The translations under genes were made by a program, and so were the position numbers. DNA of 64,000 nucleotides from Octopus sinensis (lineage: Eukaryota), in assembly GCF_006345805.1 (NCBI RefSeq), contig NC_043012.1:55924001-55988000 (forward strand), in the 5' to 3' direction. A model generated the notes under the pieces. The model worked only from the letters and a program-made list of their open reading frames with translations. It did no database searches and had not been told where the DNA came from. Position 1 is the stretch's first letter; each line of letters begins with the position of its first letter. Shown here piece after piece: positions 61,845 through 64,000 of the stretch.

Positions 61845-62445
61845 GTTTTTTCTACTGTAGGCAGAAGGACTACTGGGATAAGGGAAGAGGTAGTCAATTA
61901 CTTCGACCCTAGTACTTGACTGGTACTTTATTTATTGGCTTCAGTGGAATTTAAACTCAGAATGTAATGAGGAGGAGGAAATACCAATAGGTATTTTGTC
62001 CAACATGTTAATGATTCTGCCACCTCACTGCCTTTGACCTAACAAAAATAATAAATAGACACAGGAATGTTCCAGAAAACCAAAAGATAAGAATCTGTAA
62101 ATATTGAGAGGGTATTTTCACACATCATTTGTTAACCTTCAACATCTTTGTTAGCCAAGGGCACTTTCAAGTAGGTTTTTCAAAATGTACCAAATTCTTG
62201 TGTTAAACCTGACTTCATTTTTTTATTTTTATTTCAAACCATAAACAATAAAGATAACGATTTCAAAATTTTGGCTCAAGGCCAGCAATTTTTGGGGAGA
62301 GGCTAAAGTCAATTAAATCAACCCCAAAAGGATGAAAGACAAAGTCGAGCCTGGCGGCATGTGAACCTAGAATGTAAAGACGAATGAAATGCCTCTAAGC
62401 ATTTTGCCGGGAATGCTAATGATTCTGCCAACTCACTGCCTTAAT
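61845..62445 (-). mobile_element. Two diverged family-B SINEs (61845-62040, 62250-62445)
   Basis: Same conserved blocks as the other copies. Confidence 0.72.
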
Positions 62446-64000
62446 GATAAAGATAATAATTTGTTACAGGCAACAGTATTAGATTAAAACAGTATCATAC
62501 TAAATGCAAATACATCACAAAAGGGCAAAATAACTGCAGTATTTGTCTGGAGACAATATTTCTTATGGACATAATGCATTTAAAAACAAACGTATCAACA
62601 GCTGACAAAAAAAAAATCATTCAACAGTGGTGATAATAATGAAAGTAAAGATAATTAACGCTAGTTAATGTGTAAAATATTTAATATGAATATTTATTTC
62701 ACAGTTTGTTGAAGGCAGTAGATTCGTTGAAGAATAGAAAATAAAAATGATTATACCAGAATGTAGCCCTACAAATAATTTAAAGAAATTTGAATAAACA
62801 GTGTTATACAAACTTTCAAACAACAATGTAAAACAAAATTAATGGAATTCTTATTCCATCTCATCTTTAGTCGATACATTAATAATTTATTACATAAGCT
62901 TGCAACTCAAAATTTACAGGCGAAATAATGGAAAGCTGTGGTGTGTATGGCTTCCTAAGAGCATTAGTGCACAAATGAAAGCAATCTAAAGAATTTTTTT
63001 TTTAATGGCTCAGACTCCAATCCTGGCAAAATAAGCCCTGCAACCATCTACCTGTCAGAACTGATTAAATAATACAGAAAGTACTATGAGTTAAAACATA
63101 TCTACAGGCAAAAGAAAGTGCAGATTAGCAGGGAATGAAAATGCAAATCTTGATTGAAAAGCTGACGTTTGACACAATATAACAGCACTAAGGGAAATAA
63201 TTTTGTCATTCTAATTAATACAGCTAAATTTTAATCAGAAAATTCATCATAAGTGACAGAAGCCAAAAACTGATAACAATGACCTAAAATAGTTCTTAAG
63301 AAATTAACGGACATAGTTGATAACTTAGATAGTAAAAGAACCTTTTAAAAACCTCGTAAATTGAACCCTTAAAAGTAACACAAACATTGACTTAAATTAT
63401 ATCACCCAGTAGTCCTTATGCTCTAGTCTTCAATCCCTCACTCTTTAGATTACATCAGCCTATTAATTAATAATTTGAGAATGAATGTGTGTGTGTATAT
63501 ATGTGTGAGAGAGATTTTGTCTCCCTGTCTTGACATTTGTACAAGTGTCACCCTCATACATAAGTGTCCTTCATTCCCAATCTTCTGGCCTTACTTGGAA
63601 ACTGGTGAGGGTTGGCAACAGGAAGGGCGTCTGGCCATAGAAAACCCGCCTCAACAAATTTCCCCCAGTTTATGTGAGCATAGTAAAGTGGACATTAAAA
63701 CAATGATGATAATATAAAAATAGAAGGCTATCAGTCCTTTTTCATTTCAAAATAGTTTGAAATAGCATGTTCGTTTTTTTCTTTCATGTTAGTTGTGCAA
63801 CAGAAATGTAGAAATAACATCTCAAACAGCATTTTCTACCAATCCCAAGAGACATCAGGCAAATGAAATAAACATTGTTTTCTTGTACAAATATTTTCTG
63901 CTGTTTTCGCTTTCTTACAATGGTCTTTCAGAAAAGAAAGACCTTCACACTTTTATCTACCATTACTTACAGTCTGTCCTAACTATCAACTATGTCCCGT

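Noticed and set aside
173-63717. Most ORF-track entries (YIYI, CVCV, HTHT, poly-F/K/E/L/P)
   Set aside because: They are translations of (TA)n, (CA)n, (GAA)n, (AAT)n, polypurine tracts or SINE consensus; no splice or homology support.
63965-64000. Exon ending at the gtaagt donor near the window end
   Set aside because: All three frames contain a stop within 30 nt of the donor.

Overview
AT-rich, microsatellite- and repeat-dense eukaryotic DNA, most likely an octopus (cephalopod) genome. This is inferred from SINE families I recall and from the gene found; it is not verified. The only well-supported protein-coding gene is the 3' part of an SLMAP orthologue on the minus strand: six spliced exons from 58464 down to 42174, in frame across GT-AG junctions, encoding a coiled coil and a C-terminal membrane anchor. 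It is followed by a possible ~11 kb 3' UTR that holds two hairpin-unit arrays and a 274-bp palindrome. A CpG-island-like promoter with NRF1/ETS/CRE/YY1 motifs lies at ~17.3-18.25 kb, but its transcript could not be identified. The rest is mobile DNA: four SINE families, a decayed full-length mariner, MITEs, two complete non-autonomous Helitrons, LINE reverse-transcriptase relics, short Penelope-like elements with minimal hammerhead-ribozyme motifs, and an 18S rRNA fragment embedded in a SINE. There is a 100-N gap at 8766-8865. Almost all ORF-track entries are microsatellite or repeat artefacts. Repeat boundaries are approximate (read by eye); exon boundaries were counted base by base.
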